The notes beneath the pieces were generated by a model. It saw only the letters and a list, made by a program, of their open reading frames with translations. It was not told the DNA's origin and made no database searches. DNA of 64,000 bases from Octopus sinensis. Its lineage: Eukaryota. Positions 40,113 to 52,673 of this stretch are shown here, one piece after another. The stretch spans positions 109,430,001 to 109,494,000 of the forward strand of contig NC_042998.1 of NCBI RefSeq assembly GCF_006345805.1, given 5' to 3'. Each line of letters begins with the position of its first letter. Position 1 is the stretch's first letter. The translations under genes and the position numbers were made by a program.

Positions 40113-41075
40113 TTGTCTATCTATCTATCAATCAATCTACTCTATCTCCATATTCTTTATGCCAGTATGTGTGTATACATACAAACATATCTACACAGAT
40201 ATACCAAGTGGCCAAAAAGTCTTCAGGTTTGCATATGATTTTCTTGCAGTTTCTTCAGAACAGCAAAATTCTAAATCCAGCAGAAAAGTTTCTACACCAT
40301 CACTGTCTCATCTTCTGGAAGAGTATTGTTGGTGCCTCTTTATAACAGGCAAGGCTAACAAGACTGATGTAAGCAAACTGTTGGGATTTGAGTTTTTGAT
40401 CTTAAATTATTTTTGCAGCATCAGTCAGGTGTTTATTTCTGTTTCTGATTAGTGTATGCATACACACATGCAACCATACATACATATCAAATTATATATG
40501 CACACACAATCATATATATGTACGTGTGTGTGCATATACATGTATAAACATGTATCTTTTTATATATATATATATGTATGTGTGTGTGCATAATGTGAAT
40601 GCATGTATGCATGTATATGTGCATATAGAGATACATGCATATATGATATAAGTTATATATATGTATATCAGGAATATGCCATCTAGGTAGGTAAGGTAGG
40701 CAGTGCCTACCTTGGATAAATTAGACTGATAGCAACATTTTTCTTTCATGTCAAAATACGCACCTAATTCAATAAAATTATGAAGGTTACTCTGATTACT
40801 ATTTATAAAATGCAAAATATTTTATTTTTTTATACATTAGGTAGACATAATTCTTCCCTGATTTTCAATCTCAGTATTTAAGCTACACATAATACTGCTG
40901 TAGTACACATGCTGCATACATTCCTACAACAACGTTTTCTTTATGTGTTATAAAAGCAGAAGTAAATCTGCCTACAACTCAGTCGAGTGCCTGTGTTTCA
41001 CTTATTTTCTGTATGTTTTACTACCTAAAGGTCACCAACTGCCTACCCTTAGTAATTACTGACAGCACGTGACTG

Positions 41076-41108
<33 letters not shown>

Positions 41109-41194
41109 AGCTATGTGAAACAAGGTGGAAAAAAGAGTACTCAAATATCAGTGGTAGAGTAATATGCTTTATTTAAAGCAGCAGAAAATTCAAC

Positions 41195-41242
41195 AAAACC
41201 TGTTACTCTGAGTTTCCCGTTGCCGTTCATCAGACAGTTTTT
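41195..41242 (-). ncRNA. Minimal type-I hammerhead ribozyme motif, core intact
   Basis: AAAAACUGU-CUGAUGA-ACG GCAA CGG-GAAAC UCAGA GUA-ACAGGUUUU. Stem I is 4+4 bp, stem III is 3 bp; predicted cleavage between 41204 and 41203. Confidence 0.65.
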
Positions 41243-41343
41243 ACTAGCCAGTCAAATAATGCCATGCTGCTTTAAATAAAGTATATATATGTATATATAA
41301 ATGAGTAAATATTCAAATGAATATTCATACAGATATTATTATC

Positions 41344-41398
<55 letters not shown>

Positions 41399-42136
41399 GC
41401 AGTAAATATACAAATAATTAATAATAATAATAATAATAATATAATAATAATAATAATAATTTTTTTTATGTATTAGACATTCACTAGTACAACACCAAAA
41501 AAAAAAACAAATATATGGCACACTAGGCATAACAACAACGTGAACTTCCAACTTGTTGTCTCTTGAGGTCTCTGGGTGAGACTTGGAGCCAACTTGTACA
41601 GACATAAAGCAAAAGTCAAACATAGAATAATAATAATAATAATAACAACAACAACAACAACAACAACAACAGCAACAATAATATTAGTGGCCAGCAAGCA
41701 ATGATGCCGTTATATGGGAAATCAATTAAATTTTATCATTAATAAATAATTATAATAGAAGGTAGGATAAGAGTTAAAATACTCAAACAAGCCACCAAAC
41801 TCACTGAAAATCATAACAGACTAACCAACAGAAAGTGGACAAATGAGCAGAGGAAATTTAACATTTTAACTCAGCTGAAAGCTGGAGAATTAGGTAATAG
41901 ATATACCTGTATCATGATTTTAAATTCTGGATTACTCCTCAATTCTCTTCAGTAGGTCTTACTAAATACCCAGTGTTAGAATCCTACAAACCTCTTTGTG
42001 TCCATGAAGCTTTGAACAGGCTTCCACCAAATTCAAAACAAATTCAGTGCATAAATTTATGTCAAATGAGTAAATATTCAAATGAATATTCATAAAGATA
42101 TTATTATTAGTATTATCATTAGCAGTAAATATTTAG

Positions 42137-42167
<31 letters not shown>

Positions 42168-42169
42168 AA

Positions 42170-42752
42170 TGCCCTGATGCAGTACCAGGCAGTGGCTCTC
42201 ATGGCTTCTGATCTTAACTGATTGGAAGTGTTATCATGTACATTGTTTTGTCTTGGTATAAAAGATGGGCTACAGCAAATATTCTGCTCAACATCACAGA
42301 TTTGCTTGTCAGTTGTTTGACCTTAACCAGTTGACCATGTCCCTTAGTGGCTGACGATATGTGCATCTCTGATCACGAGCAGAAGTAGTGGGGGAGCATG
42401 ATAGCCGTGTGTTGAAAGGAATTCCTAGAGGTTTGGATTATTCACCTTTGGAAACATGGGTGGTTCATTCAACATCCTTAAACAATCCTTATTCAAGGAC
42501 CTTTTGAGCGGGATGGGCTACTCAACCAGAAAAAAATTCTAACTGGGCCCCACCTGCAAGGTCATGTGCTGTTTATTTTGATTTGCGATCACCATGTTGC
42601 TCACATATGGTTGTGATGCATATGCCTATTGTACCCTTATCAGACGGGTAGTCATGATGGGTATACTGGGCTTCGTATATTTTACCCGAGTGTCACTTTG
42701 ATGGCATGCACTGCTCTCTCACTCAATAATAATAATAATAATAATAATAATA
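42170..42752 (+). mobile_element. ~560-bp interspersed repeat ending in (AAT)n, inserted in an (AAT)n tract; probably a retroposed 3' end
   Basis: GC-richer island bounded by (AAT)n on both sides; no ORF seen; family not assigned. Confidence 0.5.
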
Positions 42753-43400
42753 AACAGCAAGCAACGATGCCATTATATGGCAAGTCAATAAACTAATTAT
42801 GATAGAGGGATACACTAAGTACCAGTTTGCTAGAAATAAGAGTTAAAAATACTAATTTCTAGCAAGCCAGTACTTAACATACTCTCTATTATAATAATTT
42901 ATTAAATTATAAAATGTTATATATATACATGTATACATGTATGTATACATACATACATATATAATATATACACACACACACACACATATATACATACATA
43001 TATATATGGATTATTTTCTTATATCACTCTCCTGCTAATTTTTGTTTTTTGGCCAAAACAGCCCTTTGAATGCCACCAGTCAAATAACCATGCTTAAATT
43101 CCTCACTCTATCTTGCTTCCTTCATACACACTCTACCCTCCAAATTATTCTTTCTTCAAATACCACTCCCCTTGCTAAATTCTGTGATTCAGCTCAAACA
43201 ACTATATTGTTTACTACCGGTCAATTGACCTTGCTTAAACTCCTCCTCCCTCTCACTCCTTTATACTTTTTTTCCTCTTTTTTCAATATGCATTTCCCTG
43301 CATTTATAGTCTCCTCTCTACACATTCTAATTGAATCTTCCCTGCATCAACATGTACCTCTTTGCAACAATGTAACCTTTAATTTTATCAAGATATCCTT

Positions 43401-43484
43401 GGCCTGGAGAGTAGCAGATGGTATACGTCACACTTGGATTTTTACCACTTCTGAAATCCCACTCACTATGAAACATATGTAGCC
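43401..43484 (+). ncRNA. Decayed copy of the 26-kb hammerhead family (A6 to G); another decayed copy at 28661-28747 (-, A13 to G)
   Basis: GGC-CUGGAGA-GUAG..CUAU-GAAAC AUAU GUA-GCC. Confidence 0.5.
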
Positions 43485-44003
43485 TAGGTCTTACTTACTC
43501 CATTCCATAACACTTGTATATATATATATATAAATTTGACATGGGCAATTCTTTCTTGTCTTGGGATTTACAGTCAAACAGCTGGGTGGAATTGCTTTTT
43601 CTCATAGCTCCCATTTACCAAGATAATCTACTATAATAATACTCTTGTGTTTATGAATGAGAAAGAAGGGGTGATAGATGAATAAGGAAGGAAGGGGTAA
43701 TGTCATACTTGGTAGAGGGATGATGGAAATTGTACGCTGAAAAAATAAATCAAGCACCGCTTCAACTCTGTGTGAATATATATGTGTGTGTATGTAAAGG
43801 AGGGTATGTGAATGTGTGTGTGTGTGTGTGTGTGTGCACGCGCGTGCGCATGCATGCACAATGGAAGTGGGATGGTTCATCTTTGTTCGCTTAGTATTCG
43901 GGTTTATTTTTTGATTTGCTTCAATCTTGGTCATTTTTTTTTTGTTGGTCAGTTATTTTTAGCCTTTTGACAGAAAAAAGTCATTCCAAAATATATATAT
44001 ATA

Positions 44004-47000
44004 TGCCCTTTCTAACACCAACCATACCGTGAGTGTAGTGGGTGCTTTTACGTACCACTTTTACATACCAGTCAGGAGGTACTGGCAATGGCCATGCTCA
44101 AATGATGTTTTTTTACGTGCCGCCTGCACAAGAGCCAGTCCAGAGGTACTGGCAACAACTTCGCTCGAATATTTTTTCATTTGCCACCAGCATTTTTACA
44201 TGCCACTAGCACAGAAGCCATTCAGCTGCTCAGGCAATGATCACGCTCGGATGGTGCTCTTAACGCTCCACTGACACAGGTGCCAGTCATCGAATTTCAT
44301 TCAATTTCGATTTCACATGCCTCAACAGATCTTCGCAAGTAGAGTTTAGTGTCCAATGAAGGAAAGATACGCATAAGTGGGCTGGTTACAGCCCTGGCAT
44401 AGGTCATGGGTTATGGTCTCACTTGGCTTGCCAGATCTTCTCACACACTGCATAATTCCAAAGGTCTCGGTCACTAGTCATTGCCTCAGTGAGGCTTAAT
44501 GTTCAAAGGTCAAGCTTCACCACCTCATCCCAGGTCTTCCTGGATCTACCTCTTCTACAGGTTCCCTCAACTGCTAGGGTGTGGCATTTTTCACACAGCT
44601 ATCCTCATCCATTCTTACCACATGACTATACCAGCACAGTTGGCTCTCTTGCACACCACATCTGATGCTTCTTAGGTCCAACTTTTCTCTCAAGGTACTT
44701 ACACTCTGTCAAGTATGCACACTGCCATTACACATCCATCGGAGCATACTGGCTTCATTCCTTGCGAGCTTACGCATGTCCTCAGCTGTCATGGCCAATG
44801 TTTCACTGACATGTAGCATGGCTGTTCGTACACATGCATCATACAGTCTACCTTTTACTCAGAGGTAAGAGCTCTCTGACCTTTGCCCAGGCTATTCTTA
44901 TTCTAGAAGCTACACTTTCAGCAACCCTCCCCACTACTGACTTGGTCACCTAGGTAATGGAAGCTATCAACTACTTCAAGTTTTTCTCCCTGGAATGTGG
45001 CGGAAGTTGTTCTCTGCACACTTTCAGTATTTATTGCTCCTGAGCATCTGCCACATACAAAAACTATCTTCTCAGTTAGCCTTCCTTTAATATTGCTGCA
45101 CCTCTTATGTGTCCATAGCTGGGTACATCTTATAGAGTTTTTACCTATGTCTTTTCTTACAGATTGAGCAGGGCCATCTACCTTAAGAGATTTGTGGTTT
45201 GTCTGCCTTCCTACTTATTAGGACTTTGGTTTTAGCTAGGTTGACTCTAAGGCACTTCAATTCTAATCCTTGCTTCCACACCTGAAACTTCTCCTCTAGT
45301 TCTGATAGTGACTCAACAATTAGAGCAAGATCATCAGCATAGAGGAGCTCCCAGGGGCATCCCATCTTGAATTCCTCTGTTATTGCCCAGAGGACTATGA
45401 TAAATAGGAAGGGGCTTAGGACTGAACCTTGGTGGACCCCTACCTCTACCCAGAATTCTTCACTGTACTCATTGCCAACCCTCGCCTTACTGACAGTGTC
45501 CCTGTACATGGCTTGCACAGCTCTCACTAACCATTCATCTGTCTCTAGTTTCTTCATTGACCACCAGATAAGGGATCGGGGGACCCTGTCAAAGGCTTTC
45601 TCCATGTCAATGAAAGCCAGGTACCAAGGTTTATCTTTGGTGAGGTATTTCTCCTGCAGCTGTCTTACCAGAAATATAGCATCAGTGGTGCTTTTCCCTG
45701 GCATGAACCCAAACTGCATTTCATCTAAATGACTCTCTCCTTAATTAGTTGGTCTATGGCCCTCTCCGTGACCTTCATTACCTGATCCAACAACTTGATA
45801 CCCCTGTAAATATTTGTATCTAAAGCATCACCTTTACCTTTGTAGCAGTTGACTATGGTGCTACTACACCAGTCATTGGGTATGACTCCTTCGTGTATCA
45901 CCTGGTTAACTATATGGGTGACTAGGCTATAGTCGACACTGCCAGATATTTTGAGTGTCTCTGCAGTGATTCCTGATGGGCTGGGGAGCTTTCCCTGTCT
46001 TCATACTCTTAATTGCTTTATCTACCAAGGTACTGTCAACTCAGATAGCTGGTCCCTCTGTTGGGTTGGCATCTGGCAGACTCTCTTTCTCCCATTCATT
46101 TTCTTTATTCAGCAACCTTTCTCTCTCTTTGCAGCCTCGTTTAGTGCAAGTGAACCATCACGATTCTCTCTCACACACTGTCTTGCAACAGGAAATACCT
46201 CAAGTTGTTGGTCCTCATGGCACAGAAGATTGGCAAATCTTTTCTTATCTGCTTCCCCTCTGGCTAAATAAACCTGTCTCCTAGCTTTCCTTCTGGCAGT
46301 CTGATACAATTCCCTGCTACCACCAGTCTTCTAGTCCTTCCAAGCCTGTTTCTTTTCTCTAATAGCCCTGTCAACAACATTGTTCCACCACCAAGTTATT
46401 TTGGGTCAAGAGGGGACTTTGCACCATCCACAGATCTTGTCAGTGGCCCTCAGCAGGATGTCCCGTAGACACCTCCAGTTGTCTTCTACATTGTGTGAAG
46501 ATATATCCCCCTTCTATTTCGTCAAAGGCTTTGAGTAATATGTTTCTAAATCTCTGTCCATTCGCAGGGTCTTTAAGCTTCCCAATCCTTATCCTCCATG
46601 CTGATCGTCTTTTGGGCATCCATTTAGCCCTGATCCTGAAGTCGCTAACTACCAGTCTATGTTGTGGGGTACTTTCTTCACCTGGGAAGGTTTTGGCATT
46701 TATAAGCAGCAATCTTTCCCTTTTTCTGGTGAGGATGTAGTCAATTTGGCTAGTGTGTCTGCCAGAATGGTAGGTGACTAGGTGACTGGCAGGTTTCCTG
46801 AAGTTAGTATTGCAAACCATAAGAGAAGGTTCCTGTCATTTGTCAATGAAGTAGTCTGCAAGAGGGTGTCATAAAATCGGTCTTTCTGTTCATTAGGTAG
46901 CCCCAGCTGAGGGGCATAGGCTGAGATAATGGTTGCTAGCCCATGATGAAGCACTAATCTAATCTTAAGTATTCTGTCATATACTCTGACTACTTCGATT

Positions 47001-47130
47001 ACCTTATCAACCCATTTCTCTGCAAGAAGTATACCCATGCCCCTGACCCCATCAGTGTTCCCTACCCAGAAAATCTTGTACCTGTGTTCTTTGCCTGTGA
47101 GGAACCTAGCAGAACCTCCTCTCCACCTTA
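44004..47130 (-). mobile_element. Decayed RTE-clade LINE (APE endonuclease plus reverse transcriptase) with stops and frameshifts
   Basis: APE fragments (IISAYAPQ..; SQIDYIL..TPQHRLVVSDF) at 46440-47130 and RT motifs (QFGFMPGKSTTDAIF..AFIDMEKAFDRVPR..GVHQGSVLSPFLF..LYADDLAL) at 45183-45719. Confidence 0.92.
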
Positions 47131-47144
47131 CTTCTTAGAGGCAG

Positions 47145-47265
47145 CACATATCGACACATCTCCGTTCAAGCATCTATCAACACATCCCCGTTCAAGCATC
47201 TATCAACACATCTCCGTTCAAGCATCTATTGACACATCTCTGTTCAAGCATCGACACGTCTCTGA
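47145..47265. repeat. 26-bp tandem repeat, about 4.5 copies (catctatcaacacatctccgttcaag)
   Basis: Visible directly, next to the 5' end of the RTE LINE. Confidence 0.85.
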
Positions 47266-47909
47266 ATTCTATAATTTAGGTGTATTACGGCTAAAGTGCA
47301 AAAGAGTATGAATGCAATAGCTATTGCATACATGGGATATAAAGTAGATTGTAGGCTTTGTACGAAAGAGGGATTCAAATATTTAATCAGAGAAATGAAA
47401 ATGTAATATCTTATAGACACAAACTGAGAACTGGAATGAAACTTACTAAGCAATAATAATGTGTCCACGAAATGGAAGCATACACTATGTTGATACCTTA
47501 ATTATCAGGACATAAATAACTAGATGATATGATTTTGCACATGAGATTGAAGCATATGCTATACCAACAACTCAAACACACCTGCTTCTTGCTATCTGTA
47601 GATATATAATGAGCTGCATACTTGGCTATGTATATTACTACTGCCATCTGTATCTGTACATGTATGTAAATAGCATACATATGTCCATCTGAAGTGTTGA
47701 GTTAAGATACATAGCATATCTAAAGTCATATATGTATATATATATATATTTATTTATGCCTGAAGGTGTATGTATGTATGTATGTATATATGTATAAACT
47801 CGGAAGTGTAAACGAGTATGTAAAGGATATGCCACAAGGTAATAACATCTACGTGAATGTTTCATTGTATATACAACTATTTAAATGAAAAGTGGATATA
47901 TACATATAC

Positions 47910-48006
<97 letters not shown>

Positions 48007-48146
48007 TTATTTATATGAGTGTGTGTATGTGTATACATTTGCATTTATGCTTGCAAGATGGCCAGTGAAAGATGTCATTCACAGCCCATCAACAATCTTC
48101 ACAAAAAGTCTGCAGGAACAATTTTCTCTCTCTCTCTCTCTCTCTC

Positions 48147-48200
<54 letters not shown>

Positions 48201-48790
48201 GTGTGTGTATATATATATATGTGTGTGTGTATGTGTGTGTGAAGATTACATGGGGTTTAGTTTACTGGTGATCTAAATGAATAGGTACACTGTGTAAGTG
48301 CTATAATTGGTCTTTCATTCGGTTTCAAGTTCACAGCTGAAGCTGGAGCTAGGGTTCTGTAGTACTGTAGTATATATATGTTGGCTATATGTGAACATGT
48401 GGGTGTGTGTGTGTTTGTGTGGGGGTGAGCACCAGTGTGTGTGCGTGTCTGTAGATATATACAGAAGTATTTTTCTGTATTTATAAATATATGTATATAT
48501 GTATATGTATTACATGTGTATGTCTTTGTATAGCTGTATGTATGTGTATACATGATATATAAGGTATACAAATGAGTGAACAATATATAATAGTCACAAG
48601 TTTTTATGTGCGCCCCCCCCCAACTCACCCCTTCCCACTGTCCTTAATTGGTGTTCACGAAATAAACTGATAAATCAATCCAATAAAATCATTATGCAGA
48701 TTATCTGTTATTGCTATCATGTATTTCTCTGGCAACACAGTCTCCTATCCATCACCTTGATTTTATTAATATTTTATTATTAGTACTATA

Positions 48791-49170
48791 GGTGCATGAG
48801 TGGCTGTGTGGTAAGTAACTTGCTTACCAACCGGGTTCATTCCCACTGCGTGGCACCTTGGGCAAGTCTCTTCTACTATAGCCTCGGGCCGACCAATGCC
48901 TTGTGAGTGGATTTGGTAGGTGGAAACTGAAAGAAGTCTGTCGTATATGTGTGTGTGTGTGTGTATGTGTGTGTTTGTATGTCTGTATTTGTCCCCCCAA
49001 CATCGCTTGACAACCGATGGTGGTGTGTTTACGTCCCTGTAACTTAGAGGTTCGGCAAAAGAGACCAATAGAATAAGCACTAGGCTTCCAAAGAATAAGT
49101 CGATTTGCTCGACTAAAAGGCAGTGCTCCAGCATGGCCACAGTCAAATGACTGAAACAAGTAAAAGAGTA
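48791..49170 (+). mobile_element. tRNA-derived SINE, same family as 1115-1539
   Basis: TGGCTGTGTGGT..GGGTTCATTCCC head, shared body, internal (TG)n and tail ..gactgaaacaagtaaaaga. Confidence 0.85.
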
Positions 49171-49711
49171 TTATTTTTGTCACTTAATACCAAATGTAAA
49201 CTGCTTCCTGGAGTCCCTATAACCCCAATAGTTACTTCTGTCAAGTATTCTACAACCCAGTAACAACTGTTACTCTTCTCAGAAGATTTCACACGATTTC
49301 ATGATTATGTAATTTACAGCACGTAACAAGTAATCATTCTATTGTTGTTGAAACATTAATAAGAATGTGTAACGGAATATCTTATAAACAATCTCTCATT
49401 TTTTAATGTAATTTACTGCATGTACTCGGTGCATCAATCAATCTCCGGATTTATATTAAAAGATATATGTACAGAAACATGAACTGGAAAAGAGTACAGA
49501 AACACGAACATGGAATTCATGGTTATCTGTCGCACAATTTTTGCTTTAAATTTCACAAGAGGAATACACACACAAATACAAAACACACACACACATACCT
49601 ATACATACATACACGTACACATATGTGTGTATATGTGTGTGTATATATATATATTTCCTGGTGAAGGCCGGAACCTCATAAACTGGCCTTCCCCGGAGTT
49701 ATGTTTTTTTT

Positions 49712-49957
49712 TTAACAATATATATATAGTTGTGTCTGGGGAGAGTCATTCTCTTTTAGTGCCATATTATTTAACACACACACCAGTAAAATTTCCCCTT
49801 ATTTCTTTCTTTACTTTTTCTAAAATTTTCGTTGTAACGAAAATTTTAGAGAAAATAAAGAAGGAACTAAGTGGAAATTTTACTGGTGAGTATGTTAAAT
49901 TATAAGGCACTCAAAGAGAATGACTCTCCCCAGACACAACTATATATATATTGTTAA
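49712..49957. repeat. Fold-back element with ~115-bp arms; single-arm copy at about 58160-58290
   Basis: ttaacaatata..gttgtgtctggggagagtcattctc / gagaatgactctccccagacacaac..attgttaa; apex aaaattttcgt-tgta-acgaaaatttt. Confidence 0.85.
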
Positions 49958-50032
49958 AAAAAAAACAACACCAAATCCAAAAACGATATATACATGCATA
50001 CATATATGTATGTATGTATATATATATATATA

Positions 50033-50079
<47 letters not shown>

Positions 50080-50084
50080 AAACA

Positions 50085-51478
50085 AGTCCATCATCATATC
50101 ATCATCATTGTTTAACGTCCGCTTTCCATGCTAGCATGGGTTGGATGGTTCAACTGGGGTCTGGGAAGCCCGAAGGCTGCACCAGGCCCAGTCAGATCTG
50201 GCAGTGTTTCTACAGCTGGATGCCCTTCCTAATGCCAACCACTCCATGAGTGTAGTGGGTGCTTTTTACGTGCCACCGACACAAGTGCCAGGCGAGGCTG
50301 GCAATGGCCACAATCAGATGGTGTTTGTTACGTGCCACCAGCATGGAGGCCAGTCGATGCAGCGCTGGCTACGGCCACGTTCGGATGGTTCTCTTATGTG
50401 CCACCGGCACTGGTATCACAACTACAAATTCCATTGATGTTGATCGATTTCGATTTTGATTTTGATTTTGATTGATTTTTGATTTTTGATTTTCACTTGC
50501 TTCAACAGGTCTTCACAAGCAGAGTTTTGTGTCCCAAGAAGGAAGGTATGCACAGGTGGACTGACTACGTCACAGGTAGAGGCCACGGGTTATGGCCTCA
50601 CTTGTCCGGCCGGGTCTTCTCACGCACAGCATACTTCCAAAGGTCTCGGTCTCTGGAAATTACCTCGGTGAGACCTAAAGAGCGAAGGTCGTGCTTCACC
50701 ACCTCGTCCCAGGTTTTCCTGGGTCTACCTCTTCCACAGGTTCCCTCAACTGCTAGGATGTGGCACTTTTGCACACAACTATCTTCAGCCATTCTCGTCA
50801 CATGACCATACCAGCGCAAACGTCTCTCTTGCACACCACAACTGATGCTTCTTCGGTCCAACTTTTCTCTCAAGCTACTTACACTCTGTCAGGTATGAAC
50901 ACTGACATTACACATCCATCGGAGCATACTGGCTTCATTTCTTGCAAGCTTATGCATATCCTCAGCAGTCACGGCCCATGTTTCACTGCCATGTAGCATG
51001 GCTGTTCGTACACATGCGTCATACAGTCTGCCTTTTACTCTGAGCGAGAGGCCTTTTGTCACCAGCAGAGGTAGGAGGTCTCTGAACTTTGCCCAGGCTA
51101 TTCTTACTCTAGCAGTTACACTTTCAGCACACCCGCCCTACTGACTTGATCACCTAGCTAACGGAAACTATCAACTATTTCTAGTTTTTCTCCCTGGAAT
51201 GTGGCGGAAGATGGTCTCTGCGCATTTTCAGTGTTTATTGCACCAGAGCATCTGCCACATACAAAAACTATCTTCCTAGTTAGCCTTCAGTTGACATTGC
51301 TGCATCTCTTATGTGTCCATAGCTAACACTTGGTGCATCTTATAGAGTTCCTACCTATGCCTTTTCTACAGATCGAGCAGGGCCATCTACCTGAAGGCGT
51401 GTGTGATTTGTCTACCTTCCTACTTATTAGGACTTCGGTTGACTCTAAGGCCCTTCGATTCTAATCCTTGCTTCCACA
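50085..51478 (-). mobile_element. 5'-truncated copy of the same RTE LINE family with intact 3' UTR and (ATG)n tail
   Basis: C-terminal ORF RRLRWYGHVTRM..GRGRPRKTWDEVVKHDL at 50598-50873; co-linear with about 44300-45300. Confidence 0.9.
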
Positions 51479-51644
51479 TATATATAAATATAAATTAGAG
51501 AAAAAACACTATTATGCGATTTAGACAATGATGGACATAAACCCAAATCATAAATAAAAAATAAAAAATATTTTTTGAAAGATATAACAAGATCACAAAA
51601 AGTATAAAAATGAATAATCAATATATAAGTATATATATATTATA

Positions 51645-51684
<40 letters not shown>

Positions 51685-51870
51685 TATATATATTTATTTT
51701 TCTTATTATATACTTATTACTTATTAATATTGATTATTCATTTTTATACTTTTTGTGATCTAGTTATATGTTTTAAAAAATATATTTTACATTTTATTTA
51801 TGATTTGGTATATGTCCATCATTGTCTGAATTGCATAATAGTGGTTTTTCTCTAATTTATATATTATATA
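51479..51870. repeat. Fold-back element with (TA)n spacer, abutting the 5' truncation of the RTE copy
   Basis: About 51480-51630 is the reverse complement of about 51720-51870. Confidence 0.85.
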
Positions 51871-52452
51871 TTTATATTGTGAAATTTGATTTAATACTAA
51901 ATTGAATTTTTCCCTGTAAGTTTGGAGTTATACTCCCTAATATTATTATTATAATTATATATATACATTATAACAAAAATTTTAATTTTGTACATAGATT
52001 TACCAAAAGTTTCATAGTCACAAAGCTAAAACCTTCTGGACAGCTCGTTATTTAAACTTTCTACATCATGGACAGACTTTTTCGGGGCTCTAAAGGTTAT
52101 TTTATCCTCTGGTTCAGGGGGCACAATCTGTCCTCATTAACGTTTTCGAATCAGGAATTTTTTTTTATTTCAAATCTTAGCAATTTTTTATTTTCATATA
52201 CAACATATAATCAAAATCAAACTAGAAAACTGGATAAAACAGAACACAATTGAAAAGATTAAAAAGAAAAAAAGAGAAAAAGAAAAAAGTGAGAAAAGGA
52301 AGAAAACAAAACAATTCATCACCTTGGGTTGAAAAGTTGGGGGCACTAGGAAACCATTCTAATGGCTAACGTTTTTATAGGTTAAATCTTACATCACAAT
52401 TTCTAAGCTTTTCCTCATATCTGCGACATAGAAAGGTTACATTTTTTGTCTT

Positions 52453-52520
52453 TGTATAGAATCTGACGAGCTGTCCACAAGGCTTTGGCCATGTGGATAT
52501 GAAACCTTTGGTTACTATAT
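52453..52520 (+). ncRNA. Hammerhead motif, core intact, in the right arm of a fold-back element
   Basis: UAUAGAAU-CUGACGA-GC UGUCCACA..UGUGGAUA U-GAAACC UUU GGUU-ACUAUA. A decayed inverse copy lies at about 52000-52052. Confidence 0.55.
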
Positions 52521-52625
52521 CCAAAATTAAAATTTTTAGTTGTAATAATTACTGCTCTATCTATACTTTAGAGTGTGCTTCTTTTCTGATGTATGCTTTA
52601 TTGCCTGTATATATATATATATATA

Positions 52626-52654
<29 letters not shown>

Positions 52655-52673
<19 letters not shown>

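Noticed and set aside
49130-49170. SINE 3' tail (AGTC-aaat-GACT-GAAAC-AA-GTA-aaag) resembles the 3' half of a hammerhead; also at 1115-1145, 4996-5030, about 29850 and about 38545
   Set aside because: No CUGANGA upstream of the hairpin in any copy, so it is not counted as a ribozyme. Distant ancestry cannot be excluded.
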